Shown: positions 11,801 to 21,179 of the stretch, piece by piece
Position numbering within the stretch: position 1 is the stretch's first letter
Layout: each line of letters opens with the position of its first letter
Virus record (IMG/VR): IMGVR_UViG_3300042569_002607
Coordinates: 9,671 to 73,670 of that record
DNA: 64,000 bases
DNA from: a virus
Strand: one strand, 5' to 3'
Notes under the pieces: model-generated
Seen by the model: only the letters and a program-made list of their open reading frames with translations
Told to the model about the DNA's origin: nothing
Database searches by the model: none
Program-made: the position numbers and the translations under genes

Positions 11801-12367
11801 GGCGTGATCGCGATGAATACTGGCGCATACACGCTCGGCCAACTGCCCGCCGTGGCCGTGGTCGGCACCGCCCGCGAGATCCTCGGGTATACGCGCTTTG
11901 CGGATGCTACGGTAAATGTTGGCACCTTGGTCCATGGCACGCTGATCGCAAGCGCCACCATCACAACGTCACGCGCCGTTGCCATTGCCGCCTACGGTGG
12001 CTTTGTCGACACACCAGGATCGTGGCACGCGTTGATTGAGGGGTGGGGGATCATCTCGCCGGCGACGGACGTGCCCTTCGTCAACGGTTCGCACGCGAAT
12101 GCGCTGTGGCTGTCGGCGATCAAATACCTGCAGGTCTACGGGCGCGCGGTGTCGAAGCTCTCGGTCACGGTCGCTCAGCTGCAGGCCGCCACCGGCATGA
12201 CGTTGTTGCCCACGGCTCCGGTCATCGGCCAAACCATTCGCGATGAAGACACGGGCGACACGGTACGTCTTGCCGCGGTATCGATCGACCATTTTGACTT
12301 TACGCGCACAGAGTACACCCTCGACTCGCTGCGCCCAACCGCCGCTCGCCTACTCGGGGTACGATAA
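8831..12367 (+). CDS. tail tip / baseplate hub (Tal-like) protein with large inserted beta-rich region
   Basis: 1178 aa directly after TMP; N-terminal prophage tail-protein-like segment (LVTHVKPLG). Confidence 0.7.
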   Translation: MITPTLEVISAFATGSANGKLELVRAVSVQQIDNNDALVAAVRLPTNVPVKQRTKLRFTGNDGYVREYRVRRYRTNTQNRVMEIEAGPVWMDLATAGDTATTNANATTFTIEATLSASDWLTSLVLTNLASDGLTWLDTVLGTIEATGTRYFKFVNATRLEILQAVAAAFQVEWSIAQPSPGALYRINLFTQRGASAGVSYFALARNVMLKDTESADDQLVTHVKPLGDTPSGGVDSATLADNLWRVSAITSGWVSLVDPAGGSAPIALDDLANTMTLFGPMTGSTAPLTYQVLDSRASDGAVLLSSTSGLAVGALVSLRRNASGDGVYELMHPVAAAEYDRVVATPEMNGMRGEANYVEDGRFVNGLANWAAINGTTPPNFVEVKRSELGVTLSGQANGARAAATGTGTPFAIKGLPANSFVRQQALIKVGGATLPVTADAIPDTSGALTLALGGAGLPGSYPDNTPFTLIRREVRTWTLDGEHSVLATNLRFTDSNTDGIFAVNTGTLTSTSGGFVAGMQTVQYVDAPLFAGRIRVSPPFGFFQALDLGASSVTPDFAFVRFVNAFFGATVGSIRIIGTQATPVVVGTTRLSFRGTNGVVVCARVSANLGGGDFEITAENGSVFYGFNGQGYDAVNDWFVMTVSNGVMASGSTWTATLTRETRTVFCNGPVSAGAMSLPCKAQANLATRNWTASDTISMTRDIACTVDVTAAGSIVDEFEFDIDLGMDVFIGKSHSVTFNAATSTFDEVDAADRPNPLFLGEWRFVSIVGSTINLFKAPDDPGPSNPLPTGVLNLAWAVTDTYALTGTASWGTNGRVTLNLASAIPAGRSYARGLPVGSNWVSGFMRLHAARSGGNSTVELFGHDAFFSNTDPSSASRGALYRITASGSTMPIPGNTLTAAATAQADGSGNASVTLTAANANAIANNETVTIATPQMLRPSDPRTGSIVRLLYAVGNSSIPLTATPGIRSNYWWVPVPVGGSKVVTVYGVIAMNTGAYTLGQLPAVAVVGTAREILGYTRFADATVNVGTLVHGTLIASATITTSRAVAIAAYGGFVDTPGSWHALIEGWGIISPATDVPFVNGSHANALWLSAIKYLQVYGRAVSKLSVTVAQLQAATGMTLLPTAPVIGQTIRDEDTGDTVRLAAVSIDHFDFTRTEYTLDSLRPTAARLLGVR

Positions 12368-12720
12368 TGGGACGTTACACGGTGGAACCCGGCACAGGCC
12401 GGATCATTCGTGAAGAGCCGCTACTCACGCAACGCGAGTTCATGAAGCGGTGGCGGGAGAGTGGCGCCGGGGCAGTCTTGTCGATGCTCTTTGCGTTGGA
12501 GGTCAAAGACTCGGCGGCCGGCGCGCAGGCGCGCGAGTGGCTGACGGAGTTTCGAACGGCACGCGGGATCGATCCACTGTTGGACGAGACCGCCACGAGT
12601 ACGGATGCGGCGCTGTCGTTCGGTATCGCCACAGGCGTCATCACGTCTGCGCAAGCGGCGGCCGCTCGCCCGCTGATTCTTGCGCCGGTGCCCGACCCCC
12701 CACAGTGGAACGAGGAATAA
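12367..12720 (+). CDS. small tail-associated hypothetical protein
   Basis: TAATG coupling to the upstream gene, 117 aa. Confidence 0.65.
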   Translation: MGRYTVEPGTGRIIREEPLLTQREFMKRWRESGAGAVLSMLFALEVKDSAAGAQAREWLTEFRTARGIDPLLDETATSTDAALSFGIATGVITSAQAAAARPLILAPVPDPPQWNEE

Positions 12721-12723
12721 CGG

Positions 12724-13527
12724 ATGCCGTCGATCTATCTCGATGATACCGCGATTGAGGATATGGGGATGATCCTGTACGAGGGCGCTCCATACCTCGG
12801 TGGCTTCACGCGCACCCGCGAGCACACGCCATGGCCAGGTCGGGCCGGCACCGTCGCCGCGTCTCAGGCCACCACGGGACCGCGGCTGATCCGGATGGTC
12901 GTCGATGTCCCCTGCTCCACCCCGGCGCAGCGCACCGCGTTGCTGGATCTGTATGGAGACTTGCTCACCGGCACCAAGGAGGTCCGCTACGCTGACGCGC
13001 CCGACCGCGTGATGCGTGGCCAGTGTCGCGTCTTCGAAGCGGACATTCCGGTCGCGCCACGCTGGGTGAACCTTGAGCCGCGCGTCGTCGTCGAGATCGA
13101 GTGCCCGATCGCGCACCGGTGGGACGCGCAGCCGCAGTCGCGCGTGCTCAGCAGCACGCCGACCCCGATCCCGGTGGGCACCCTTGCGCATGGTGGGCTG
13201 GTAACCGTCATGGGGGCGAGTGCCGGCGCCCTGTCCACGACGACCACGCTCCGGTACCGCGGGATCTCGGGGGTGGTGCTTGGAGAACTGACGCTCACGC
13301 CGGCCTTGCTCGCCGGGGAATACGCGCTCATCGATCTCAACCTCGCGACGATCACGAAGGTGAGCACCGCAGGGGTGCGCAGCGACGCGTACGCCTGGAA
13401 GACCGGCGGCGGCACATGGTTCAAGCTGTACCCACGCGACGGCACCCGCGCACTCGGCGCGTGGCCCACGCTCGAGCTCACGGCGGGTTCCGGCTTGTAT
13501 GTGTTCCGCCGCAACTGGGTGAGCTGA
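12724..13527 (+). CDS. distal tail (Dit-like) protein
   Basis: Dit-type pattern (PWPGRAG, PRLIRM, YADAPDR, IECPIAHRW, C-terminal FRRNW), 267 aa. Confidence 0.7.
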   Translation: MPSIYLDDTAIEDMGMILYEGAPYLGGFTRTREHTPWPGRAGTVAASQATTGPRLIRMVVDVPCSTPAQRTALLDLYGDLLTGTKEVRYADAPDRVMRGQCRVFEADIPVAPRWVNLEPRVVVEIECPIAHRWDAQPQSRVLSSTPTPIPVGTLAHGGLVTVMGASAGALSTTTTLRYRGISGVVLGELTLTPALLAGEYALIDLNLATITKVSTAGVRSDAYAWKTGGGTWFKLYPRDGTRALGAWPTLELTAGSGLYVFRRNWVS

Positions 13528-14276
13528 TGACGATCCCCATCACGCCGGCGGAGTTCGATGCCGCCGACCTCGAGATCACCAGTCGGTGCATCGCGCACTG
13601 GCGCGGCGATGACCTCGCCATCGATTTGGTCAGCGGACAACCGGGGACGTTTTCCCGCGGGGCCACGGCGACGGTCTTCGATTCGAACGGGGTCAGCATT
13701 ACCGTGGCGAATGCGATGCCACGCTTCGAACCGCGCGACTGGCTCGGCACGAGTGCGCGGACACACATGGGGCTCCTTATGGGCACCAGCGACCGGCTAC
13801 ACTACGCGGCCGACTGGCGCCCGCGCGCGTGTGCCTTTTGGATCGAAGGGATCGAAACCGGAGGCGCGGCCATTGTGGGCGGCGGCGTGCTCTCGGTGAC
13901 GATTGATGCGGCCACCGGCGCCTACCTGATCGTCGACTCCAACGGGACGACCTATCGCGTCCGGCACAGCAACGGCGTCAATGCCGAAGTGGTGCAGGCG
14001 CTGGCGGTCGCCCCGACGGTCGGTCAGCGGTTCGTGCTCCGGGGGCAGTTGTATGCCGATGGATCCGTCCAGCTCTGGCAAAGTCTCAACGAGGGGGCCG
14101 AGACGAATACCGCGCGTTCGACGGCGCCGGCCGCCGGGCTCGCGGCCAGCTGGGGGGCCGGGGCACGACTCCGGCTCAACAGCGTCGGCACGGGCAACGG
14201 CGGCAGTCTGTGGGCTCGCCGGTTCAAAGTGGTGCCTGGTGTCCCCGACTACACAACACTCAACCGATTGTTCTGA
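13527..14276 (+). CDS. LamG/concanavalin-like virion fibre protein
   Basis: ATG at TGATG overlap; TFSRGATATVFDSNG...PRFE motif and beta-sandwich character. Confidence 0.6.
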   Translation: MTIPITPAEFDAADLEITSRCIAHWRGDDLAIDLVSGQPGTFSRGATATVFDSNGVSITVANAMPRFEPRDWLGTSARTHMGLLMGTSDRLHYAADWRPRACAFWIEGIETGGAAIVGGGVLSVTIDAATGAYLIVDSNGTTYRVRHSNGVNAEVVQALAVAPTVGQRFVLRGQLYADGSVQLWQSLNEGAETNTARSTAPAAGLAASWGAGARLRLNSVGTGNGGSLWARRFKVVPGVPDYTTLNRLF

Positions 14277-14647
14277 TGGCGCCTCTTGATCCTGAAGCCG
14301 CGAAAGTCGGCCACGCGCTCACCGACTCCGTTGCGGAGACCGGTCTGATCGCCCTCGTCACGGCGGTCATGACGTGGGTCATTTCCCGCCTCACGGTGTC
14401 GGCACGGATCGCTCAGCTGGAGCACACGGTGACCGAACGGCTGGATGTGTTCCAAGCGGACATCCTGCGTCGCCAATCTGAGATCGAGGGGCGCGTGCAC
14501 TCGATTCACCAAGAGCTCTATGGCGCGCAGGGAGACGGCGGCATGATGCGCAGCTTGGAACGCCTCCAGTCCGACGTGGAGATCATCAAGGAAAGCACGG
14601 CGCGACTGAACGCGAACCTCGAAATCCTTCTGCGCCGCGTGCCGTAG
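14276..14647 (+). CDS. membrane protein with coiled coil (lysis-associated)
   Basis: One hydrophobic helix plus coiled coil, at the start of the lysis cluster. Confidence 0.6.
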   Translation: MAPLDPEAAKVGHALTDSVAETGLIALVTAVMTWVISRLTVSARIAQLEHTVTERLDVFQADILRRQSEIEGRVHSIHQELYGAQGDGGMMRSLERLQSDVEIIKESTARLNANLEILLRRVP

Positions 14648-14655
14648 GTTTCCCC

Positions 14656-14671
14656 TTGCGCTTTTGGCACG
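14656..14671 (+). repeat. dispersed 16-bp motif (variant)
   Basis: TTGCGCTTTTGGCACG, 8 bp after a stop and upstream of the holin. Confidence 0.6.
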
Positions 14672-14749
14672 GCCTTCCGCACCCTTCCCGAGTCCAACAC
14701 GCCGGGCCCGGACGGCCTAGCGCCGCACACTCTGCGCAGGGAGGTGATC

Positions 14750-15007
14750 GTGTTCCAGTTGTCGAAGGCGTGGGGGTGGTACCTACTCGCCATCCAGATC
14801 CTGAACGGCGTCGCCGCGGCGCTGGCCGTTTTTGCGATGAAGCTGCCGCCGGAGACCCAGGCCACCGTGCTCGGGTGGAATGCCGCGATCGCCGGCGCCG
14901 TCGGTGGCGTACAGGCGTTCACGAAGTCGCTGAGTGATACGGACGGCGATGGCACCCCCGACCTGTTCGACGCCACCCCCAACGGCCCGCCCCCGGGCGC
15001 GGGGTGA
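14750..15007 (+). CDS. putative holin
   Basis: GGAGG RBS; two predicted TM helices; upstream of endolysin. Confidence 0.6.
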   Translation: MFQLSKAWGWYLLAIQILNGVAAALAVFAMKLPPETQATVLGWNAAIAGAVGGVQAFTKSLSDTDGDGTPDLFDATPNGPPPGAG

Positions 15008-15501
15008 CGGTGCCTACCGCGTTGTCGTTCCCGATGGCGTCGGTGCCGCAGCTGGCATCGACGCTTTCGTCGACCGCCTCTTCGCGTCCGCGATTCCTCG
15101 CGCCGGCCGACGAACTGTCCGTGACGTTCCTACGCGGCGGGAAGGTCCGCCTCGAACAGCCGATCGTGTTCGCCGATGTCGACGGCATCCACGTCACGCC
15201 GTCGGGCGTGATCAGCGATGGCACCACGTCCCCCGCGCCGTTCTGGCCGTTCCTCGGTCATCGGTTGAGCTACAGCCTGTTCCCGCCCAGCGTGCAGCAC
15301 GACTACCAGCTCGAGCAGGCCCAACGCCAGCGTGCGCGCGGTGAGCCACATCAATCCCGTGTCGCCATTGACCGGCGCTCCTATCGCGCGCTGCGGGCAT
15401 GGGGCAATGGCCGGACTCGCGCAGGGTGGCACTACGCCGGCGTGCGCGTCAAGGCGCTCACGGTCGGTCCGAATTGGGATGGGGAGGAGGTCACGTCTTG
15501 A
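15004..15501 (+). CDS. DUF1353 family protein
   Basis: PSGVISDGTTSP, VQHDY and YAGVR pattern. Confidence 0.75.
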   Translation: MTVPTALSFPMASVPQLASTLSSTASSRPRFLAPADELSVTFLRGGKVRLEQPIVFADVDGIHVTPSGVISDGTTSPAPFWPFLGHRLSYSLFPPSVQHDYQLEQAQRQRARGEPHQSRVAIDRRSYRALRAWGNGRTRAGWHYAGVRVKALTVGPNWDGEEVTS

Positions 15502-16022
15502 GTACGATCGCCCCTCTTCCGGATCTGGCCCCGTGGCTGCCGTCGGCCACGGACGCGCGCGTGGCCGCCGTCGTGCGGCACGCCCTTGCGCGCGTTGGCG
15601 TGTGTGAAATGCCACTCGGCTCGAATCGCAGTACGCTCATTGACGAGTGGGCGCGCGAAGCCGGCGCTGAGCTGGGGTCGTTCTGGTGCGCGAACCTTGC
15701 CACGAAGGTCTGGCGCGCGGCGGGCCTGCCCACGGCGGGCAAAGGGAAAGATCCGTCGTGTGATCTGCTGATGCATTGGGCGAAGGATACGCAGCGATGG
15801 AGCACGACCCCGGCGCTCGGTGCCCTCGTGTTCTACGGACCCAACGCGAACGACGCGACGCACGTCGCCGTGGTGGTGCGCTTGTCGCCCGCCGCGCTCG
15901 TCGTCGGGGGCAACGAACGCTGGGGCGCGCTCGCGTCGCGGAATGGTGTCGCCGTGCAGCTTCGCGCCGAACAGCGCACGGACATTCTCGGCTATGCGCA
16001 TCCGTTTCCGGTGGCCGTATGA
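15498..16022 (+). CDS. CHAP-domain endolysin
   Basis: GVCE.P.GSN, FWCA, THVAVV and GGN motifs; GGAGG RBS before TTG. Confidence 0.8.
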   Translation: MSTIAPLPDLAPWLPSATDARVAAVVRHALARVGVCEMPLGSNRSTLIDEWAREAGAELGSFWCANLATKVWRAAGLPTAGKGKDPSCDLLMHWAKDTQRWSTTPALGALVFYGPNANDATHVAVVVRLSPAALVVGGNERWGALASRNGVAVQLRAEQRTDILGYAHPFPVAV

Positions 16023-16235
16023 AGCGCCCGCTCGTGACCGCCGCACTGTGTGCCCTCACGGCGCTCGTGACCTACCTGCTGACGTACTTCCAGCTCAAGG
16101 GGTTGTCGTGACGTACTTCCCGCGCATCCGCCCCGTGCTCCGACTCTCGCAGTGGTGCGCCTTCGTGCTGGCCGCGTTTCTCGCCGCCGTGGTCGGGATG
16201 ATGGCGGGCACACTCGCGGCAGCGGCGGTGTGGAC

Positions 16236-16562
16236 ATGAGCAAGCTCAAACACGCAACGGGCAACGACCATCACGTTGCATGGTGGTGCCCCGGATGCAG
16301 TGCCGTGCACTCGATCCCTGTAACCGGTTCGAAGGCCTGGCAATGGAACCGTAGCGATGATGCGCCGACGTTCTCGCCGAGCGTGCTTGCGCATCCCCAT
16401 CCAACGCTCGGGGAGGGGGACATCCCGACGATGACGCCGCTCTGTCACACATTCATCACCGACGGCGTGATCGACTTCCTGAGCGACTGCACGCACGCGC
16501 TCGCGGGGCAGAAGGTGCCGATGGTCGAATGGCGCGGCTACAACGCTGAGGCGTACACATGA
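16236..16562 (+). CDS. DUF6527-like Cys/His protein
   Basis: WCPGC..VH, W.WN, PTFSPSVL, CH.FITDG and DCTH motifs. Confidence 0.75.
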   Translation: MSKLKHATGNDHHVAWWCPGCSAVHSIPVTGSKAWQWNRSDDAPTFSPSVLAHPHPTLGEGDIPTMTPLCHTFITDGVIDFLSDCTHALAGQKVPMVEWRGYNAEAYT

Positions 16563-17140
16563 AGCCGACCTACTACCGCCCCCGCTACGCCCCTGTGGTG
16601 TGGGGTGTCGTGATCGCCCTCGCGCTCGCCGCCGCCCTCGTCTTCGCACATCGTGCCGCCGTGGCGTCTGCCGTGGCCGCTGAGCGGGCGACGGTGCTAC
16701 GGGAAGGGGAAGGGCTGCTTCGCGTCGCCTTGTCGCACAGCGCGGCCCTCAAGCGGGAAGCGGATTCGCTGCGGGTCGTCGTGGCGCGCGTGGACACGGT
16801 CCTCGTGAGTCGACTGCGGACCGTGCGCGATACCGCATGGCTCCCCGCCGACACGTCGCCCGTGGTGCGCCTCGCTGCCTGCCGTGCCACGCTCGACACC
16901 CTCGCCACCGACTGCGAGCGGTTCCGCGCCACGGCAACCGCCGCACTCGCCAACGCCGACAGCCTACACCGCGCCGACAGCGCCGCCGCACACGCGCAGT
17001 CAATCATCACCGCTGGCATCACCCGCAGCCGTGACGCCGCGCTCTCGCAGCTCGCGTCCCACGGTAAGCGCCGGTCTTTCGAGCGGGGCGTGTGCGTCGC
17101 GTCCGGCCTTCTCAACGTCCTGCAATGGAGAGCGCGATGA
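16559..17140 (+). CDS. putative i-spanin (Rz-like)
   Basis: N-terminal TM helix plus Ala-rich coiled coil after endolysin. Confidence 0.5.
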   Translation: MKPTYYRPRYAPVVWGVVIALALAAALVFAHRAAVASAVAAERATVLREGEGLLRVALSHSAALKREADSLRVVVARVDTVLVSRLRTVRDTAWLPADTSPVVRLAACRATLDTLATDCERFRATATAALANADSLHRADSAAAHAQSIITAGITRSRDAALSQLASHGKRRSFERGVCVASGLLNVLQWRAR

Positions 17141-17766
17141 AGTTCCTCTGTCTGCTCCTGCCGTTCCTCATCGGCTGCGGCCGTGTCGAGGCTAGCACCA
17201 CCGACCTCCCGACCCTCACGGTCGAGATGCAAGCCGACTCGGCGCGCGTCATCGCGACCTGGCGCCGTCCGTGCGACGCGCGCGGCTGCGCCGATGGCTA
17301 CCGCGTGCAGTGGACCGCTGGCGCCGTCTCGCGCCTCCGCACCACGGCGGCACTCGCGGACACACTGTGGGTGCCCCGCCCCTCCGTCGGTGACACGCTC
17401 GTCGCGACGGTCGCCGTCACCGCGTCGCGTCGTGGCATCGTCGGCGCGACGCGCACCGCTACCGCTGTCGTCCGCCATCCCGACGCGCCGCCGCCGGCGG
17501 TGGATTCGCTCCGCACGGATACGCTCACCGTCGAAGGCGCGCTACTCGACTCGTTCCCCGTCGTGGCGGTGCGGGACACGCTGGGCCGCTCCGCCAGAGA
17601 CCTGCCGCTGTACGGCGCGCTGCGCCTCTGCGCCCTCGCGCGCAATCGCTACACGGGCCTCGTCACCATTCTCATCCCCGCGTCGATGGCCGAGGACGAT
17701 GAAACGCGTGAGGCGGAACGCTGCGAGCGCGCGCGCGCCTCGTACAGCGTCGAGCGTGCCGGATGA
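17137..17766 (+). CDS. lipoprotein with Fn3-like domain (possible o-spanin)
   Basis: MKFLCLLLPFLIGC lipobox; W...GYRVQW Fn3-like pattern. Confidence 0.55.
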   Translation: MKFLCLLLPFLIGCGRVEASTTDLPTLTVEMQADSARVIATWRRPCDARGCADGYRVQWTAGAVSRLRTTAALADTLWVPRPSVGDTLVATVAVTASRRGIVGATRTATAVVRHPDAPPPAVDSLRTDTLTVEGALLDSFPVVAVRDTLGRSARDLPLYGALRLCALARNRYTGLVTILIPASMAEDDETREAERCERARASYSVERAG

Positions 17767-18320
17767 CGACGCCGAGCCCCGAGACGGTGGCGACGTGGTG
17801 GCGCGCGGGGGACTTCGACCGCGCGCTGCCCGTGCTGCGGACATGGGGCCAGCAGCTGACGCGGCGGCTTCCGGCCGACGTCGCGGACGACGTGTGCGCG
17901 ACGTTGTTGGTACGCGCATGGCGGTCGCCCACGATCCCTGACGACCCGCTGCGGTGGGCCGCGCGCGTCGTGCAGAATTTGCAACACGATGTCCGCAAGC
18001 CGGTCTGGAATCGCCCCGGCCGCATCGTGTCGCTGGAGACCGACCAGTTGGCCAGCGCGTTCCCCGCGCCCGATGCGTTTATCGACGCGGAGCATGACGC
18101 GGCTATGGTGCAGCTGGCGCGCGCTGCGATCCGTCGCCTGCCCGATGTCACGCGCCGGTGTTTTGTCCTGACCGTGTGGCACGGACAGACCAGCGCCGTC
18201 GTCGGCGACGCGCTTGGGCTGTCCCCTGCCGCCGTGCGGATGTGTGTCACGCGGGCGCGGCGCACCCTCGCGCGCTCGACGCGCCGTGCCGCGCGGCAGC
18301 TGTCGGTACTGGCCCGATGA
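17763..18320 (+). CDS. ECF-like RNA polymerase sigma factor
   Basis: Region 2-like ADDV...W...N; region 4 AIRRLP..TRRCFVL...G.T...VGDALGLSPAAVRMCVTRARRTL. Confidence 0.75.
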   Translation: MTTPSPETVATWWRAGDFDRALPVLRTWGQQLTRRLPADVADDVCATLLVRAWRSPTIPDDPLRWAARVVQNLQHDVRKPVWNRPGRIVSLETDQLASAFPAPDAFIDAEHDAAMVQLARAAIRRLPDVTRRCFVLTVWHGQTSAVVGDALGLSPAAVRMCVTRARRTLARSTRRAARQLSVLAR

Positions 18321-18508
18321 CGCTGCGCCTCCGTGTGCAACCCAAACCGCACAACAAAGTGCGCGTCTCTGTGTTTGTGCCGTGCAACCACGGGCACCAC
18401 GGCGCGGGCGCGCTCGATCTGCCGGAACTGCTCTGGCGGACCCTGCTCTACCCCATCCTCACCGCTGGCGCCGCACGGCACGGCGTTACCCTGACACTGG
18501 AGCCCTGA
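18317..18508 (+). CDS. hypothetical protein
   Basis: Start and stop both coupled to neighbours. Confidence 0.5.
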   Translation: MTLRLRVQPKPHNKVRVSVFVPCNHGHHGAGALDLPELLWRTLLYPILTAGAARHGVTLTLEP

Positions 18509-18933
18509 TGGCTGACGCAATTCTCGACGCGCACATCGCGCAGCGCCGCGCGGCGCTCGTGGCGGCGTTTCCGCAGATCGACCCGACGCACTACGTCGAC
18601 GGCGTATTGCAAGACCGCGCCGACCGCTACGCGGCGCATCTCGCGACGATGACCATCGCGCCCGACATGGTGCAGTGGGCGCTCACGATGGGGCGCCGCT
18701 ATGGCCCGTGGGTCAAGGTGCATCACTTCGTCGCGGACTGGCTCACGGCGCTGCTCATCATCCGCTACGGCGAAGAGCCCGACGCCGCGCGCTCCGACGA
18801 TCCGAACTTCCACGGCTGGCCGGTGGCGTTCACGGACGACGATACCGCGCGCGCGAGTGAGTTGCTCGCCGGTACCAAGTGGCCGCAGGCGCTGACGCTG
18901 CTGCCGAAGAACCCGCTCGCACAGGAGGGCTAA
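18508..18933 (+). CDS. hypothetical protein
   Basis: TGATG coupling; GGAG RBS. Confidence 0.6.
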   Translation: MADAILDAHIAQRRAALVAAFPQIDPTHYVDGVLQDRADRYAAHLATMTIAPDMVQWALTMGRRYGPWVKVHHFVADWLTALLIIRYGEEPDAARSDDPNFHGWPVAFTDDDTARASELLAGTKWPQALTLLPKNPLAQEG

Positions 18934-18936
18934 GCC

Positions 18937-19368
18937 ATGTCGCAGATGACGGATATCGCCGAGAACGACTTTATCGACGTCTACATTCGCAATCAGGCGA
19001 GCGGCAAGCCCACGTCGTGGAACATCCGCCTGTATACCGCTGCTCCCGGTGAGACCGGCGGGGGCACCGTGGCCAGCTACACCAACTACGCCGACGTCTC
19101 GGTCGCCGCGTCGCTCGCTAACTTCGCCGGCACGCAGGGCGCTGGCACCACGACCGCCAGCACCGGCACCGGTGGCGTCACGTCGAACAACAACGTGCTG
19201 ACCTTTGGCACGGCGGCAGGCTCCGGCCCCCAGACGCTGACCCACTTCGCGTGGTGCAACGCGACGACCCCGTGGTACTACGGCGCCCTCACCACGTCGC
19301 GCACGATCAACAACGGCGACGTGGCGCCGAGCTTTGCGGCGGCGGCGTTGACGTTGACGGCGGCGTGA
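18937..19368 (+). CDS. virion fibre-associated structural protein
   Basis: LYTAAPGETGGG...NNN.LTF...THFA...YGALT.SRTI pattern common in phage fibre modules. Confidence 0.7.
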   Translation: MSQMTDIAENDFIDVYIRNQASGKPTSWNIRLYTAAPGETGGGTVASYTNYADVSVAASLANFAGTQGAGTTTASTGTGGVTSNNNVLTFGTAAGSGPQTLTHFAWCNATTPWYYGALTTSRTINNGDVAPSFAAAALTLTAA

Positions 19369-19829
19369 TGACCGCCGCCGAGATCCGCACCGCCATTACG
19401 AACGATCCGGCGGTGCTCGCGCTCATGCCGGATACGGTCGCGATCACGGCCGCGCTCTCGGCAGGACGGACCACGCTCACGCTCACGATGATTACCGAAC
19501 GCCGGATCTTGTCGGCGCTCGGCGTCGTCGCGGGGGCGGTGTTCCTCGACGCGCTCGACGCGTTTGCGGCGGCGACGCTCCCGCCCGAGCATCCCCTTGC
19601 CGCGTATCACAGCGGCATCCGTCGCGCGGTTGGCTGGCTCAAGACCGACGACGGCATCGACATCGGTGACCCGACGTCGCAGGCCATGCTCGACGCCCTT
19701 GCAGCGGCTGGCGTGGTGACAGCGGAAAGCGCCGCCATCGTCAAAGGCATCGCGCGCGTCCCCGATCCTCTCTCTGAACTCGACGTGCGTCGTGCGGTGT
19801 TCGCCGACGACGGCACGCCACTGGTGTAA
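19368..19829 (+). CDS. hypothetical protein (structural module)
   Basis: Coupled ORF, 153 aa. Confidence 0.6.
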   Translation: MTAAEIRTAITNDPAVLALMPDTVAITAALSAGRTTLTLTMITERRILSALGVVAGAVFLDALDAFAAATLPPEHPLAAYHSGIRRAVGWLKTDDGIDIGDPTSQAMLDALAAAGVVTAESAAIVKGIARVPDPLSELDVRRAVFADDGTPLV

Positions 19830-19831
19830 TC

Positions 19832-20224
19832 ATGCCGAAGACACAAACACGGACTGTACTCGTCTCTAGCACCAGTCGTGCGGCCGGTGCAGCAGCCACG
19901 CGCGGCACACTGGACGTGTCTGCCGTCGATGGCGGCATCGTCACGTTCCGCATCACGAATGGGCCCACGGGGCCGACGGCGCAATGCGTCGGGCGCATCA
20001 TGATCGCGCACAAAGATTCGGCAATGCCGGCAGCCGCGGCCGAAGGCACGGGCGATACCGCGTGGAAGCAGGTCTATGAGATCGGCGCGGGGCTCGCTGC
20101 CAACGCGAACGCGCGTGGCGTGTACCGCTTCGGTCCCGAGGTCGCGTACATCCAGATTGAGTGTACGGGCAACACGGGCCAACCCGTGACCGTAGAAGCC
20201 CACGCGACGACGTTCGTGTACTGA
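19832..20224 (+). CDS. hypothetical beta-sandwich structural protein
   Basis: 130 aa ORF within the operon. Confidence 0.6.
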   Translation: MPKTQTRTVLVSSTSRAAGAAATRGTLDVSAVDGGIVTFRITNGPTGPTAQCVGRIMIAHKDSAMPAAAAEGTGDTAWKQVYEIGAGLAANANARGVYRFGPEVAYIQIECTGNTGQPVTVEAHATTFVY

Positions 20225-21162
20225 TGCTGCTGCTTGACGCGCCGTTCGACAGCCAACCGCAGGAAGCGGTTGAAATCGACTGGGGAAACTCGATCACAGA
20301 TGGGTTGCTGTGGGCGCAGAACGGGTCGTCTCTGCTGAACACGTTCGGACGGCAAGACATTATCCAAATCAATGGAACGATCTCGCCATCGGAAGCGAAT
20401 GCCATCGGGTCAGGCTTGCAGTTCAGTGCGTCGCAGTGGGTTCGCTGTTATGAAACAGGCGCACCACGAGGAGACAGGCAGTTCACCGGCCTTGTGGTAA
20501 TGACGCGCATTGGCTCGGGACGCGCCACGGTTATGGGAGCGTTTCCTGGCGCGGGCGGTACGGGTATGACGTACTTCGGCTACACGGTAACGGGACAGCT
20601 AGAGGTAGACACGAATGACGGGCAGTTCCGTGTCAATGTGTCGTCCTTTGCGCCGATCGCCGTCGGCGCATCCGGTGTACTCTGCGCCCGTTGGCGAGGA
20701 GACAACGGCGCTGACGTGTTTTGGAATGGTACCAGAACCGACAACCCGTACACGACCGCGCTCGGGACACTCGCCCCGCGTGAGATTCAGCTGGGCTCGT
20801 GGAATGCAGGCGGCGACGCGTTGTTCAATGGCATTCTTCACTCATCGTTCTTTTGGGATCGTGAGCTGTCAGACGAAGAGGTCAGGAGCGTAAGCGCGAA
20901 CCCGTGGCAGCTCTTCCGCGCGCCGGTGGATTACTGGGTTCCGAGCGTCTCCCCGACGATTCTCACCCCCGACGCCACCCTCAGTAACACGAATTGGAGC
21001 GCTGTCGGTGCCGCCTCGTTACACGCGGCGCTCGCCGCTGGCGATAGCGACTACATCACCGCGAGCACGGCGGGCGCGGTGGCGGAACTGTCGCTGACGA
21101 ACCCGTCGCCCCTGCTCACGCTGACCGACGCGTCGTTTACCGTGCGCGCACGCCTCAACTAA
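20224..21162 (+). CDS. LamG-like lectin domain protein
   Basis: FNGIL...FFWDRELSDEEVRSVSANPWQLF, typical of LamG C-termini. Confidence 0.75.
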   Translation: MLLLDAPFDSQPQEAVEIDWGNSITDGLLWAQNGSSLLNTFGRQDIIQINGTISPSEANAIGSGLQFSASQWVRCYETGAPRGDRQFTGLVVMTRIGSGRATVMGAFPGAGGTGMTYFGYTVTGQLEVDTNDGQFRVNVSSFAPIAVGASGVLCARWRGDNGADVFWNGTRTDNPYTTALGTLAPREIQLGSWNAGGDALFNGILHSSFFWDRELSDEEVRSVSANPWQLFRAPVDYWVPSVSPTILTPDATLSNTNWSAVGAASLHAALAAGDSDYITASTAGAVAELSLTNPSPLLTLTDASFTVRARLN

Positions 21163-21179
21163 CCCCTACTCACCCGGCC

